From Candidatus Uhrbacteria bacterium (GTDB lineage: Bacteria > Patescibacteriota > Patescibacteriia > UBA9934 > GWF2-40-263): 64,000 bases of DNA. The stretch is taken from NCBI GenBank assembly GCA_016844925.1, contig JAERTI010000036.1, positions 79,863-143,862 on the forward strand. The letters run 5' to 3'. The translations under genes and the position numbers were made by a program. Position 1 is the first letter of the stretch. Each line of letters begins with the position of its first letter. Positions 9,574-18,062 of this stretch are shown piece after piece. The notes under the pieces were generated by a model that searched no databases, was not told the DNA's origin, and saw nothing but the letters and a program-made list of their open reading frames with translations.

Positions 9574-9843
9574 ATGCCTAAGATTCGCGTTGTCGTCGAC
9601 GAAGACCTCTGCATTGGTGCTGCTTCCTGCGTCACTATTGCTCCAGAGACGTTTCAAATGAACGAGGAAAATAAAGCGTGGGTACTTGATCATGGTACAG
9701 AGCCTGATGGTCACACGTATGAACGTTGGATGGAGGTGACCGATGATGAAAAGGAAAACATTATTTTAGCGGCACAGTCTTGCCCCACACTCGCCGTGTT
9801 TATTTTCGACGAGGGTGGCACACAGATTTTTCCAGAGATGTAA
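9574..9843 (+). CDS. fdx: Single-cluster ferredoxin ([4Fe-4S] or [3Fe-4S])
   Basis: CIGAASC ...... SCP pattern (Cx5C...CP) of small ferredoxins. Confidence 0.7.
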   Translation: MPKIRVVVDEDLCIGAASCVTIAPETFQMNEENKAWVLDHGTEPDGHTYERWMEVTDDEKENIILAAQSCPTLAVFIFDEGGTQIFPEM

Positions 9844-9845
9844 GT

Positions 9846-11033
9846 ATGCGTTACGTCATTATCGGAGGAGGTGTTGCTGGCACAACAGCCGCTGGAGAGC
9901 TACGGAAGCTCGACTCCTCTGCAGAGATCACACTTATTTCAGAGGAACAACACCCGCTGTATTCGCGGGTGTTGTTGCCGCATTATCTTCTGGGGAAGGT
10001 TGAGCGCGACCGCGTGTTTTTAAAAAAGGAAACCTGGTACGCAGAGCAGGAGATCGAGTGGCTGAGGGGGGAGATGGTGACGGTGGTGAATCCTCGCAAC
10101 AAATTTGTCGGGCTGCTGAGTGGGCGCGAGATTGAGTACGACAAGCTGCTCATCACCACTGGGGGTCATCCCCGTGTGATCGATGAGGACCTGCGTGGGG
10201 TGAGTTACTTCCGTACGCTCGATGACGCCGACCACATGAATCAATTGTTCCTCGGACGCGGCAGTAATGCTCGTGGAGGAATCTATGGAGGAGGGTTCAT
10301 TGCCTGTGAGTACCTTAATCTTTTTGCCCATTTCAAGATCCCAACAACGCTGGCTCATCGCGGCGCGCACTTTTGGACACGCGTGCTCGAGCCAGTGTCT
10401 GGTGAGCTGATCGCTAAGCATCTTACAGATCAAGGTGTTGAGATTCATGCCAATGCACCTCTTCAAGGGCTGGAAGGCGATAAGGAGCTGACCGGGTTTG
10501 TCACGAGTAAGGGCCGACATGAAGCAAGCATTTTTGGTGTGGGAATTGGAGTGGCACCAGATCTTTCATGGCTTGCCGAGGCTGGAATCGAGACGGGCTT
10601 TGGAATCAAGGTCAACGAATACCTCGAGACAAACATCCCTGACATCTACGCGGCTGGGGATGTGGCGGAGTACTTCGATACGATTCTTGGTCGCCAGCTC
10701 AACATTGGAAACTGGACCAATGCGATGAGTCAGGGGCGTGTGGTTGCTAAAACCATGGTGGGAGAGCGGACGGCATATGAGATGGTGACGTCCTATGCCA
10801 TGAATGTCCTTGGGCTCGATATGATTTTTATTGGCGATACACTTAAGGCTGTTGCCGACCAGGTTTGCCTGATTGGATCCATTGAAACAGGGGGAATCAC
10901 ACAGGTTCATGAGCGCGATGGACGAATCGTTGGAGGCGTGTGCCTTGGTCGAAATACAGACAGGGGAGCCATAACCAAAGGAATTAAAGAGAAAACACCT
11001 GCGTCAGAGATCATCAACACTTTGTCAGGATAG
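9846..11033 (+). CDS. FAD/NAD(P)-binding pyridine nucleotide-disulfide family oxidoreductase (putative ferredoxin or rubredoxin reductase)
   Basis: The ATG at 9846 lies 2 nt after the fdx stop. Has the Rossmann motif VIIGGGVAGTTAA, a second dinucleotide-binding site GGGFIACEY and the AAGDVAEY motif. Confidence 0.75.
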   Translation: MRYVIIGGGVAGTTAAGELRKLDSSAEITLISEEQHPLYSRVLLPHYLLGKVERDRVFLKKETWYAEQEIEWLRGEMVTVVNPRNKFVGLLSGREIEYDKLLITTGGHPRVIDEDLRGVSYFRTLDDADHMNQLFLGRGSNARGGIYGGGFIACEYLNLFAHFKIPTTLAHRGAHFWTRVLEPVSGELIAKHLTDQGVEIHANAPLQGLEGDKELTGFVTSKGRHEASIFGVGIGVAPDLSWLAEAGIETGFGIKVNEYLETNIPDIYAAGDVAEYFDTILGRQLNIGNWTNAMSQGRVVAKTMVGERTAYEMVTSYAMNVLGLDMIFIGDTLKAVADQVCLIGSIETGGITQVHERDGRIVGGVCLGRNTDRGAITKGIKEKTPASEIINTLSG

Positions 11034-11034
11034 A

Positions 11035-11063
11035 TTGACAAAGTACCGTTTTCTTGGTAAGAA
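11035..11063 (+). promoter_or_regulatory. Sigma70-like promoter (ATTGACAAAG family): TTGACA, 17 nt spacer, TAAGAA
   Basis: Sequence match. First of four related elements that precede high-GC genes. Confidence 0.4.
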
Positions 11064-11213
11064 AAGGCCTTCTTTACGTGCGGCGCAAGCCAAACATGAG
11101 AAGGTCTTTCTGTTTCCGAGTAGTGAACACTGGGCCTTGGTCTGGTGTTTTCGACGCGGAACTTCCTAGTACCTGACAACTCAGATGCGGCAAGCCGCAC
11201 GGAGGAGATCGCA

Positions 11214-13382
11214 ATGGCCGTGGACATCAGCATGTTCAAGTCCCTGGTTCGAGAGACATTCGAATCCAAGGGCCGCGAGGGCGCCGAGAGGATGCTTCGC
11301 GAAGGAATCGCCGCCGGCGAGGACACCAGTGGGCTGATCAAGAAGCTCTCGGTGTGGATGCTCGACGAGAATGGCGAGTTCATGACCATGGTGCGAGCCA
11401 TCCCCGGCTCGTCCGAGGTTCCGCACCTGGCCACCATCGCGGTGGCGCACATCCTCGAGGATTCGAATCTGATCGATTCGCTCATCCCCGACAACAAGAC
11501 GCCCGCGGTGCGCGGCCTCAAGTTCGCGCTCAAGACCGGCCTGGCCGGCATGATCGCCGGCATTGGCGAGGGAACCTCTGGGTTCCTGCGCGGCAAGGTC
11601 GCCGGCGTGGTCGACGACCATGTCTCGGCTGAGCGCGTCGCTGTGGCGGACCGCAAGGGACGCCTCGACGAGCTGCTCATCATCTCCGACGAGCGCTTCG
11701 GCCTGCGCCGACCGCTCATCATGGCGCGCGACGCCAGTGGTGATGTGCTCGCCACCGACCGTGGTTACCCGCGGGTGGAAGACGGTGAGGGCATGGCCTT
11801 CATCTCCGCCTGGGAGCGTGCCAACCCCGAGGTCACCACGACCAAGAAGTCCGGTGGCAAGGGTGGGCAGACCACCAGCGAGACCAAGAAGCTGACGCCG
11901 CCCTGGCGTCGCGTCTGGCTCAGCGAATACCTCGCGTTGCTCAAGTCCTCTCCGGGGACGACCGTGGATCAGGCGCTCATCGAGCGTCTGGAGAAGCTGG
12001 TCACCCCCTCCAAGTCTTCGGACTGGGAGGAGGGGTACTCCATGGAGACCCTGAGGGTGCAGCGTGCCACCGCCGCGTCCGCTCCGGACATGCCGTCCAT
12101 CATGCGGGCGGAGATCGAGGAGATGTGGCGGTCCGTGCGCAAGCGCAAGCCGCCCATGAAGCTCCTCAACTTCCATGTCGGTGAGACCTTCCACGAGAAG
12201 ATCACCGCCGAGGGCAAGCTCTCGGTGGACGACATCCAGTCGATGATCGACACCATGGACATGCACCTGCGTGGAGATCAGGGGCTGTTCACTCAGGGCC
12301 GCAAGGCACTGGGTGTGGCCTCGGACTACCTGCGGACACTCGGGACGTCCGAAGACGAGCGCAAGATGATCCGGGCAGGACTGCTCGGCATCCTCTCGCC
12401 CGGACTCCTCTGGGCCATGGGAGCGGTGCTGACGGTGATGCTCCTGGTCACCGCCATCGCGATGAGCGGATCCCCGTTCATGTCGACCAGCTGGGCCATC
12501 GGCATGATCTGTTCGATGGTGGGTGGAGTTATCGGCTTCAACATCACCTGGCCCGTCCCCTTCGTGGAGATGGTGCTCACCCCCTTGTTCGGGGGCAAGA
12601 CCGAAGATGACTGGCTCAAGGACATCGGTCGTCAGGTGGCGGCGTTCGCGCTGGCCCTCGGCTGCGGCATCCTGCCGCTGCTCATCTACTTCGAGGCTCC
12701 GGCCTTCGTGGCAGCCCTGTTCGTCTCTGGTCTGGTGCTGGCGCCCATCGGGTACCTGTTCACCTACGCACGCCTGGGCGAGCACGAGCAGGCCAAGCAG
12801 CTGGTGCTGCGCAACCTGAAGAAGGCGACCTGGGTCCTCATGGGAGCCACGTTGGTGGTGACCGTCGCCGTGATCCTGATCAACGGCCTGCTGTCTCACT
12901 GGGTCAGCGGTCCCGAGCTCATCCAGCTCGCGGTGTTGCTCCTGACGGGAGTTGTCTCGGGCTTTGTCCTGGGGCTCCTCAAGTCCTGGATCTTCCAGCT
13001 GATCGTGCTGGCCCTCGTCATCGGCTTCGCCGCCTGGCGCTTCACCAAGGCCGAGCGCGTCTGGGACGGTGGTGGCTACAAGATCCACGAGATCCCCGTG
13101 TGGCGGCCGGTCCTGATCGGTCTGGCCATCGTCTCGCTGATCGGCATCGGCTACCAGCCGGTGAAGGCAGAGTGGAAGCAGACGATCGCGAGTCGCTCCA
13201 TGGAGAGCTTCCTCGCCTTCGTGCAGAGCTGGGACGATCCTGATCCGGCTCCGGCCACAACTCCCGCGTCCACCGCGGGAGGGCAGAGTACCTCCACACC
13301 CAGTGGTGTGGGGAAGCCGCCGACACAGGCGGAGTGCAACGCCATGCCGCCGATGTTCCGCAAGGACTTCGGCTGCAAGTAG
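11214..13382 (+). CDS. Uncharacterised large protein (about 720 aa) with an N-terminal soluble domain of about 390 aa, a C-terminal domain of 8-10 TM helices, and a Pro/Thr-rich tail ending in a Cys pair. GC-rich coding sequence.
   Basis: The ATG at 11214 is preceded by GGAGGAG. Sampled 60-nt windows have roughly 62-67% GC with strongly GC-ending codons. Multiple hydrophobic helices occur between about aa 395 and 700. The equally long antisense ORF (11181-13388) is Arg/Gly/His-rich and judged spurious. I recognise no family. Confidence 0.6.
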   Translation: MAVDISMFKSLVRETFESKGREGAERMLREGIAAGEDTSGLIKKLSVWMLDENGEFMTMVRAIPGSSEVPHLATIAVAHILEDSNLIDSLIPDNKTPAVRGLKFALKTGLAGMIAGIGEGTSGFLRGKVAGVVDDHVSAERVAVADRKGRLDELLIISDERFGLRRPLIMARDASGDVLATDRGYPRVEDGEGMAFISAWERANPEVTTTKKSGGKGGQTTSETKKLTPPWRRVWLSEYLALLKSSPGTTVDQALIERLEKLVTPSKSSDWEEGYSMETLRVQRATAASAPDMPSIMRAEIEEMWRSVRKRKPPMKLLNFHVGETFHEKITAEGKLSVDDIQSMIDTMDMHLRGDQGLFTQGRKALGVASDYLRTLGTSEDERKMIRAGLLGILSPGLLWAMGAVLTVMLLVTAIAMSGSPFMSTSWAIGMICSMVGGVIGFNITWPVPFVEMVLTPLFGGKTEDDWLKDIGRQVAAFALALGCGILPLLIYFEAPAFVAALFVSGLVLAPIGYLFTYARLGEHEQAKQLVLRNLKKATWVLMGATLVVTVAVILINGLLSHWVSGPELIQLAVLLLTGVVSGFVLGLLKSWIFQLIVLALVIGFAAWRFTKAERVWDGGGYKIHEIPVWRPVLIGLAIVSLIGIGYQPVKAEWKQTIASRSMESFLAFVQSWDDPDPAPATTPASTAGGQSTSTPSGVGKPPTQAECNAMPPMFRKDFGCK

Positions 13383-13473
13383 GTACACCTCTCGGTCGAG
13401 TCAACCTCGGCCAACGCAGGTCTGTTTGACCCCTAATTCATGGGGAAAAACGGACCTTTTTTGTTTAAAATCA

Positions 13474-13502
13474 TTGACAAAACCCCTATTTTCTGCTATT
13501 GT
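13474..13502 (+). promoter_or_regulatory. Sigma70-like promoter (ATTGACAAAA family): TTGACA, 17 nt spacer, TATTGT
   Basis: Sequence match, inside an AT-rich 290-nt spacer within the high-GC block. Confidence 0.45.
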
Positions 13503-13669
13503 GCCCCGTTCACGCAACATCTATTTGAGGGGTCAGATAAGGTATTGATGTGTCCAGAGAACGGTTGTTTTCTGGAATCCCCTCGACATCAATGCCTTTT
13601 CTGTTCCTTCAAGAAGAATCTCTCGATGAGCGAGATGGTTCGATCACAACCTGAGAAAGGAGGAGCCAG

Positions 13670-14263
13670 ATGCGTTGCTTCTGGATTCCGATCATCCTGG
13701 CGCTCGTGGTGTCAGGGTGTGCGACCGTCACCAGAACCGTCGATACCACCCCGGTGGATCTCGACGACGATGGTGAGGCCGAGACGACGCGCGAGAGCGT
13801 GACGGTGCAGTACCGAGGCAGCCTGCCGCCCCGACCCGTGGACATCATGGATGCGACGGACGAGACGGACAGCGAGGCCCTGGAGCTGGCCGGACAGGCG
13901 ATCGATCGCGGGATGGCGACCAGCGTCACCGTGACCGATGGCAGCGTGAGCGTGCAGGCAGGACAGGGCTACTACGGCACCTACTCCAGCGCGCCGGTGA
14001 TCTCCCCCTCGGGAGAGGTCTACGCCGCGCCCGATGTGGTGAGCACCCCCTACGGCTACCAGGCCACGGGAGGAGGCTCGCTGCCCCAGCTGCAGACCAC
14101 CACCGTGGTCCACGTGCCTTCCACCGGTGCGACCTCTCGCCCCGGCGGTGAGGTCACCTGCCCCGGTGAAGGTGAGCCCGCGCCCAAGCCCGGTACGCCC
14201 GAGCACGACGCCTGCATGGAGCAGGCGCTGCGCGCGATGGGCAAGCGCGTCTACGGACAGTAG
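13670..14263 (+). CDS. Uncharacterised lipoprotein (lipobox LVVSGC); GC-rich coding sequence
   Basis: RBS AAGGAGGAG. Signal peptide plus lipobox cysteine. Asp/Thr/Gly-rich mature part. GC-rich third codon positions. Confidence 0.6.
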   Translation: MRCFWIPIILALVVSGCATVTRTVDTTPVDLDDDGEAETTRESVTVQYRGSLPPRPVDIMDATDETDSEALELAGQAIDRGMATSVTVTDGSVSVQAGQGYYGTYSSAPVISPSGEVYAAPDVVSTPYGYQATGGGSLPQLQTTTVVHVPSTGATSRPGGEVTCPGEGEPAPKPGTPEHDACMEQALRAMGKRVYGQ

Positions 14264-14342
14264 GTCAGCGGGGGAATGAGCTCACGTTGACCACACGAAA
14301 TTTCTGTGTGGCCCAGCAGAGCTCGGCCCCCTGGAGGAAGAC

Positions 14343-15296
14343 ATGAAGAAGCAGACCCTGACCGCCCTGGTCCTGATCATGCTGGCGACCCTGCTGGCCG
14401 CGCCCCAGGCGCTGGCCGACAACGAGCTGGCGATCCTGCGCTACTGCACGGAGAAGTACCCCGAGAAGGGAGAGCCCTTCAACCAATGCATCATCAGCAA
14501 GCGTCTGGTGGTAGCTGAGTACGAGCGCGACCAGCTCGCGCAGCAGCTGGCTCAGGCTCAGGAGGAGCTCGCGACCCTCACGGCACAGCTCCAGAGCGGG
14601 CGTGAGATGGACGAGGAAGTGATCGCGGAGCTCAGCAGGCTCTCGGAGCTCGTCGGTGAGCTGCAGAGCCAGGTGGCGAGCTACGAGGAGGAGCGTGAGA
14701 GCGCCCCCGAGCAGCCCGTCCAGGCGGCCCCGCAGCCCCAGCAGACCGCTCCGGTTCACGCCGGCGGTGTGGTCACCGTGACCACGGGCGTGTCGTACCG
14801 ACAGGGACGTCGCCCCGCGCTGGTCTCGGTCTACCCGATCGACGCCGATCCGGAGGTGGTGAACATTTCGGCGCTGACCCACAAGAACACCTACTACAAG
14901 TGTGGAGGTGCTCCGGGTCGGCTGGTGATGGTGACCAACCACGGTCTGCCCATGGCGGTCACGGCCCCGGAAGGAATGCCCAGCGGATTCGTCGAGGTCT
15001 ACGTGGACCTCAACGGTGACGGGGTCTCCGACGGCAGCCGCAAGGTCATCGACCCGAGCGTCCACGGTGACATCAACATCACCTGGCACGAGGGCGACGA
15101 CATCCGCTTCACCTACCTGAAGAACAGTGGTGAGGTCCTGCTGGTTCCCGGCCTGCCCCCGCAGACTCTCTGGGAGATCCCCAGCTCGGGTGTGAAGGGT
15201 TGTGAGCTCGATGACCCGCGACGTGACCGCGAGCTGGTCCGGGCAGCCGACGAACAGAGCCTGAGGCTCTACGACGGCGTCTGGCCCGTCCGCTGA
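14343..15296 (+). CDS. Uncharacterised secreted protein with signal peptide, coiled-coil segment, Pro/Gln linker and C-terminal beta-rich domain; GC-rich coding sequence
   Basis: RBS GGAGGAAG. Signal peptide MKKQTLTALVLIMLATLLAAPQALA. Heptad-like EELATLTAQLQ... region. The antisense ORF 14265-15356 is Arg-rich and judged spurious. Confidence 0.6.
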   Translation: MKKQTLTALVLIMLATLLAAPQALADNELAILRYCTEKYPEKGEPFNQCIISKRLVVAEYERDQLAQQLAQAQEELATLTAQLQSGREMDEEVIAELSRLSELVGELQSQVASYEEERESAPEQPVQAAPQPQQTAPVHAGGVVTVTTGVSYRQGRRPALVSVYPIDADPEVVNISALTHKNTYYKCGGAPGRLVMVTNHGLPMAVTAPEGMPSGFVEVYVDLNGDGVSDGSRKVIDPSVHGDINITWHEGDDIRFTYLKNSGEVLLVPGLPPQTLWEIPSSGVKGCELDDPRRDRELVRAADEQSLRLYDGVWPVR

Positions 15297-15437
15297 GAGA
15301 AAACCGTGCCTTGCGCACATTGACCTGCCTGAGGGTAGGTCCGTCCTCCGGGACACACGACGAAGCGCTCTTGGGCGGCTCGGACGATACGAAATCGTCC
15401 TGAGCCCCTAAGAGCGCTGTTGTATTTCACAAACCAA

Positions 15438-15465
15438 AAACTCCGGCCAGGAGACCGGAGCTTTC
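15438..15465 (-). terminator. Rho-independent terminator downstream of the first pilin-like gene
   Basis: On the minus strand: CTCCGGTCTCCTGGCCGGAG hairpin followed by TTTTTGGTTTG. Confidence 0.7.
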
Positions 15466-15476
15466 CGAATGATTGT

Positions 15477-15860
15477 TTAAGCGGTTGCTGTGACCAAGGC
15501 GTCGATCACGAAGTCGGCGATGGCATAAGCGGCGATGATGATCACCAGACCAATGACAGCCTGTGAAAGAAGCTTCTTGGCTTTCTTGACCTTGTCCTCT
15601 TCTCCCTGGGAGGTGAGGTAAAGGAATCCTGCGTAGACAACCAGCACCACGAAGATGATACCGAGCACGGAGAGCAGGACGGCAATCAAGTTACCAATGA
15701 GTTCCGGGAGCTCGTTTGCTGTTGCCTCTGAACCGATACCCGTTCCAACGTCCTCGAGGCTGCTCTGCGCTTCAGAAAGCTGAGCGAAAGCGGCCGCAGG
15801 GAGAAGGAGGGCTGGCAGGGTTGAGAGCCAGGCGGCGAATTTGATGTAAGCGTTTTTCAT
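15477..15860 (-). CDS. VirB2/TrbC-like pilin-family small secreted membrane protein (paralog 1 of 5)
   Basis: Signal peptide, polar segment, then two hydrophobic helices separated by the charged loop TSQGEEDKVKKAKK. Start taken at the ATG at 15860; the track ORF starts at an upstream TTG. Confidence 0.45.
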   Translation of the reverse strand: MKNAYIKFAAWLSTLPALLLPAAAFAQLSEAQSSLEDVGTGIGSEATANELPELIGNLIAVLLSVLGIIFVVLVVYAGFLYLTSQGEEDKVKKAKKLLSQAVIGLVIIIAAYAIADFVIDALVTATA

Positions 15861-15895
15861 AAAGATAGTGAGACTAAGTTTCAATTGAGTTTAGA

Positions 15896-16297
15896 TTAGC
15901 CAAGGGCGGTCGTAAGAGCTTGGACGAGGTACGTGGTGACCGCATAGGCTGTGACCACGATTAGGATACCGATGACGGACGTAGTGAGCATGCTCTTCGC
16001 CTTCTTCACCTTACCTTCTTCGCCAGCTGCCGTCATGTAGAGCATTCCCGCGTAGACCATGATGACCAGGAAGATGATGCCGGTCAGGGCAAGCATGGCT
16101 GCGATCAGATTTCCGATAATGGTCGAGATGGACGAGGTGGAAAATAATCCTCCCCCAGTAGTTTCGATGCCACTTCGGATGGTTTCAGCAGCGTTATCAT
16201 CAGCTAGGGCTTCTGGCGCGATGAAGATCGCGAGTCCCAGCACTGCCACTACAGCCAAGCCCATAAGGCTCAGGTTGAGCGTTCGTTTCAATGTCAT
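15896..16297 (-). CDS. VirB2/TrbC-like pilin-family protein (paralog 2)
   Basis: Same architecture; conserved AGEEGKVKKAKS loop between two TM helices. Confidence 0.45.
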   Translation of the reverse strand: MTLKRTLNLSLMGLAVVAVLGLAIFIAPEALADDNAAETIRSGIETTGGGLFSTSSISTIIGNLIAAMLALTGIIFLVIMVYAGMLYMTAAGEEGKVKKAKSMLTTSVIGILIVVTAYAVTTYLVQALTTALG

Positions 16298-16395
16298 AGA
16301 GGTTTGTTCAACCGTCTGTTGTTCACACGAGCTCGCGAATACTCACGCGCTCATGCAAACCCCCATCGTTGGCTGGATGGGGATTGATCTAGATC

Positions 16396-16839
16396 TTACG
16401 ATGTTGCGGAGACAATTGAATCAATAACGAAGCTGGCAATGGCGTATGCCGAGAGGATAATCACCAGTCCGATAATACCGGAGAAGATGAGCTGCTTCGC
16501 GTTCTTCACTTTGTCCTCAGCACCAGCGGCTGTCATCCACTTGAATCCTCCAAGCAAGATGATTACCACAGCGATCACACCAAGGAATCCTAGAGCGATA
16601 CGGATAATAGCTGCGATGGTGTCAACCAGATCCGCTGATCCAAGACCAGTGGCTAGTTGAAAGTCTGAGTCTGATCCCGTGCTACCACCAAAGAGTTCAT
16701 CTGCGGTCAGTTGAGTGTCAGTGGATGCTGCTGTTGCGCCAACATCGCTGATACCTACAAGTGCAATGGCCCCAATTGAGAGGGCGAGGATAGCACCAAG
16801 GAAGAATCCGATGCGTTTTTTAGATAATGTGTTTGTCAT
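16396..16839 (-). CDS. VirB2/TrbC-like pilin-family protein (paralog 3)
   Basis: Same architecture (GGFKWMTAAGAEDKVKNAKQ). The ATG at 16839 is preceded by AAGGGGGTGA; the track ORF starts at an upstream GTG. Confidence 0.45.
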   Translation of the reverse strand: MTNTLSKKRIGFFLGAILALSIGAIALVGISDVGATAASTDTQLTADELFGGSTGSDSDFQLATGLGSADLVDTIAAIIRIALGFLGVIAVVIILLGGFKWMTAAGAEDKVKNAKQLIFSGIIGLVIILSAYAIASFVIDSIVSATS

Positions 16840-16971
16840 AGACGTCACCCCCTTTCCTAATGAAAAAGAATTAAGGCGTTTATTGAGTTAAAAATGTATT
16901 CGAAGTTATTCTACCGTTTTTAAGCCTCTCCAGGTAACTAAGATATCCACACGGCCTATTTTCAACTGCTC

Positions 16972-17331
16972 CTAGACGACGGTGCCCTCTGTAAGAATGG
17001 AGAGAACGGCACTGACCAGCACATACGCGAGCAGCATGACAGTGAGGCCAAGAACAGCCCATTTAATAGTCTCTTTCCCCTTCTTGATGCGATCTTGTTC
17101 ACCCGCAGAGAACAGCCACTGGAATCCACCCCAGACAAACATGAGCAGGGCAACGGATCCTGTGATACCGAAGATGCCCTGAATGAGTCTTCGGACAATC
17201 TCGTTGACTCCTACATGTCCCAATGGGTCGGTCAGTGTTGTGGCTGCTGCTGAAGCGAGCGATGGGGCACTCAAGAGGGCTAGACTAACGAGCCCATACC
17301 AGGAGCGTCGAATTGTTTGTGTGGTCATCAT
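16972..17331 (-). CDS. VirB2/TrbC-like pilin-family protein (paralog 4)
   Basis: Same architecture (GGFQWLFSAGEQDRIKKGKE). The start ATG overlaps the upstream stop in an ATGA arrangement. Confidence 0.45.
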   Translation of the reverse strand: MMTTQTIRRSWYGLVSLALLSAPSLASAAATTLTDPLGHVGVNEIVRRLIQGIFGITGSVALLMFVWGGFQWLFSAGEQDRIKKGKETIKWAVLGLTVMLLAYVLVSAVLSILTEGTVV

Positions 17332-18062
17332 AGAGATGTTCTGAAGTGAGTATAGCAGCATTGAATTCGTGGGGATCCTTCACAAGTTTCCGTACAGGGG
17401 CCTGAATAGTAGAAATAGGATTCTGATGAATAGGAACTTGGAACGCTTTCTGTATCGATACAGGTGTAGTAGTCGTAGGTACCAAGGACCTCATCGTATG
17501 TTCCTGATCCATCTGGATAGGTTTGTTCACACTCACTCAGGCAGAGGCCGTCTTCTGTACAGGTGCTGTGATCTCCGCAGGCCCATCCAACGGTTGCATC
17601 AGTACAAAATGACGTGAACTCTTCGGTCTCATCGCTGGTTCCGTAGATGGTGCCTGATGTAAGTACTTGTTTGAGTGTATAGATACCAGTCCAGGCAAAC
17701 AGGACGATGAGGAGGCCGACGGTGCTGATTTTGATGTACTTCTTTCCTTTTTTCACACGCTCTGGATCACCGGCAGAAACCAACATCCAGAATCCCCCGA
17801 TGACATACATAAGGAGAACGATTCCCCCGATGATGCTCAGAATGTAGTTCCCCACGTTGCTGAACACCTGCATGATGTCGGTCAATGTGCAGTCACCCGT
17901 ATTTCCGCAGGCGTTGGAGATGCCTTGCATGAATGGCCCTACCTCACCCTCGGTACATTTTCCTGTTGGGCCAGGCTTACAGATATTGGATGAGTAGGCC
18001 TGGGTGCTAGCCGGGGCGAGTGTGAGCGAGACAAGAATGAGTGCTAAGAGAATCCTCCTCAT
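17328..18062 (-). CDS. Cys-rich VirB2/TrbC-like protein (paralog 5) with extra N- and C-terminal cysteine-rich extracellular segments
   Basis: Signal peptide; N-terminal Cys-rich stretch (CKPGPTGKCTEGE...CGNTGDC); pilin-like core (GGFWMLVSAGDPERVKKGKK); C-terminal roughly 110 aa with about 14 Cys. Confidence 0.45.
   Translation of the reverse strand: MRRILLALILVSLTLAPASTQAYSSNICKPGPTGKCTEGEVGPFMQGISNACGNTGDCTLTDIMQVFSNVGNYILSIIGGIVLLMYVIGGFWMLVSAGDPERVKKGKKYIKISTVGLLIVLFAWTGIYTLKQVLTSGTIYGTSDETEEFTSFCTDATVGWACGDHSTCTEDGLCLSECEQTYPDGSGTYDEVLGTYDYYTCIDTESVPSSYSSESYFYYSGPCTETCEGSPRIQCCYTHFRTSL

Noticed and set aside
11181-13388. 735-aa minus-strand ORF antisense to the large GC-rich gene
   Set aside because: Arg/Gly/His/Pro-rich low-complexity translation, typical of a spurious antisense frame in GC-rich DNA. 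The plus-strand frame has an RBS and TM helices and a normal amino acid composition.
14265-15356. 363-aa minus-strand ORF antisense to the secreted coiled-coil protein gene
   Set aside because: Same Arg-rich antisense artefact. The plus-strand gene has an RBS and a clean signal peptide.
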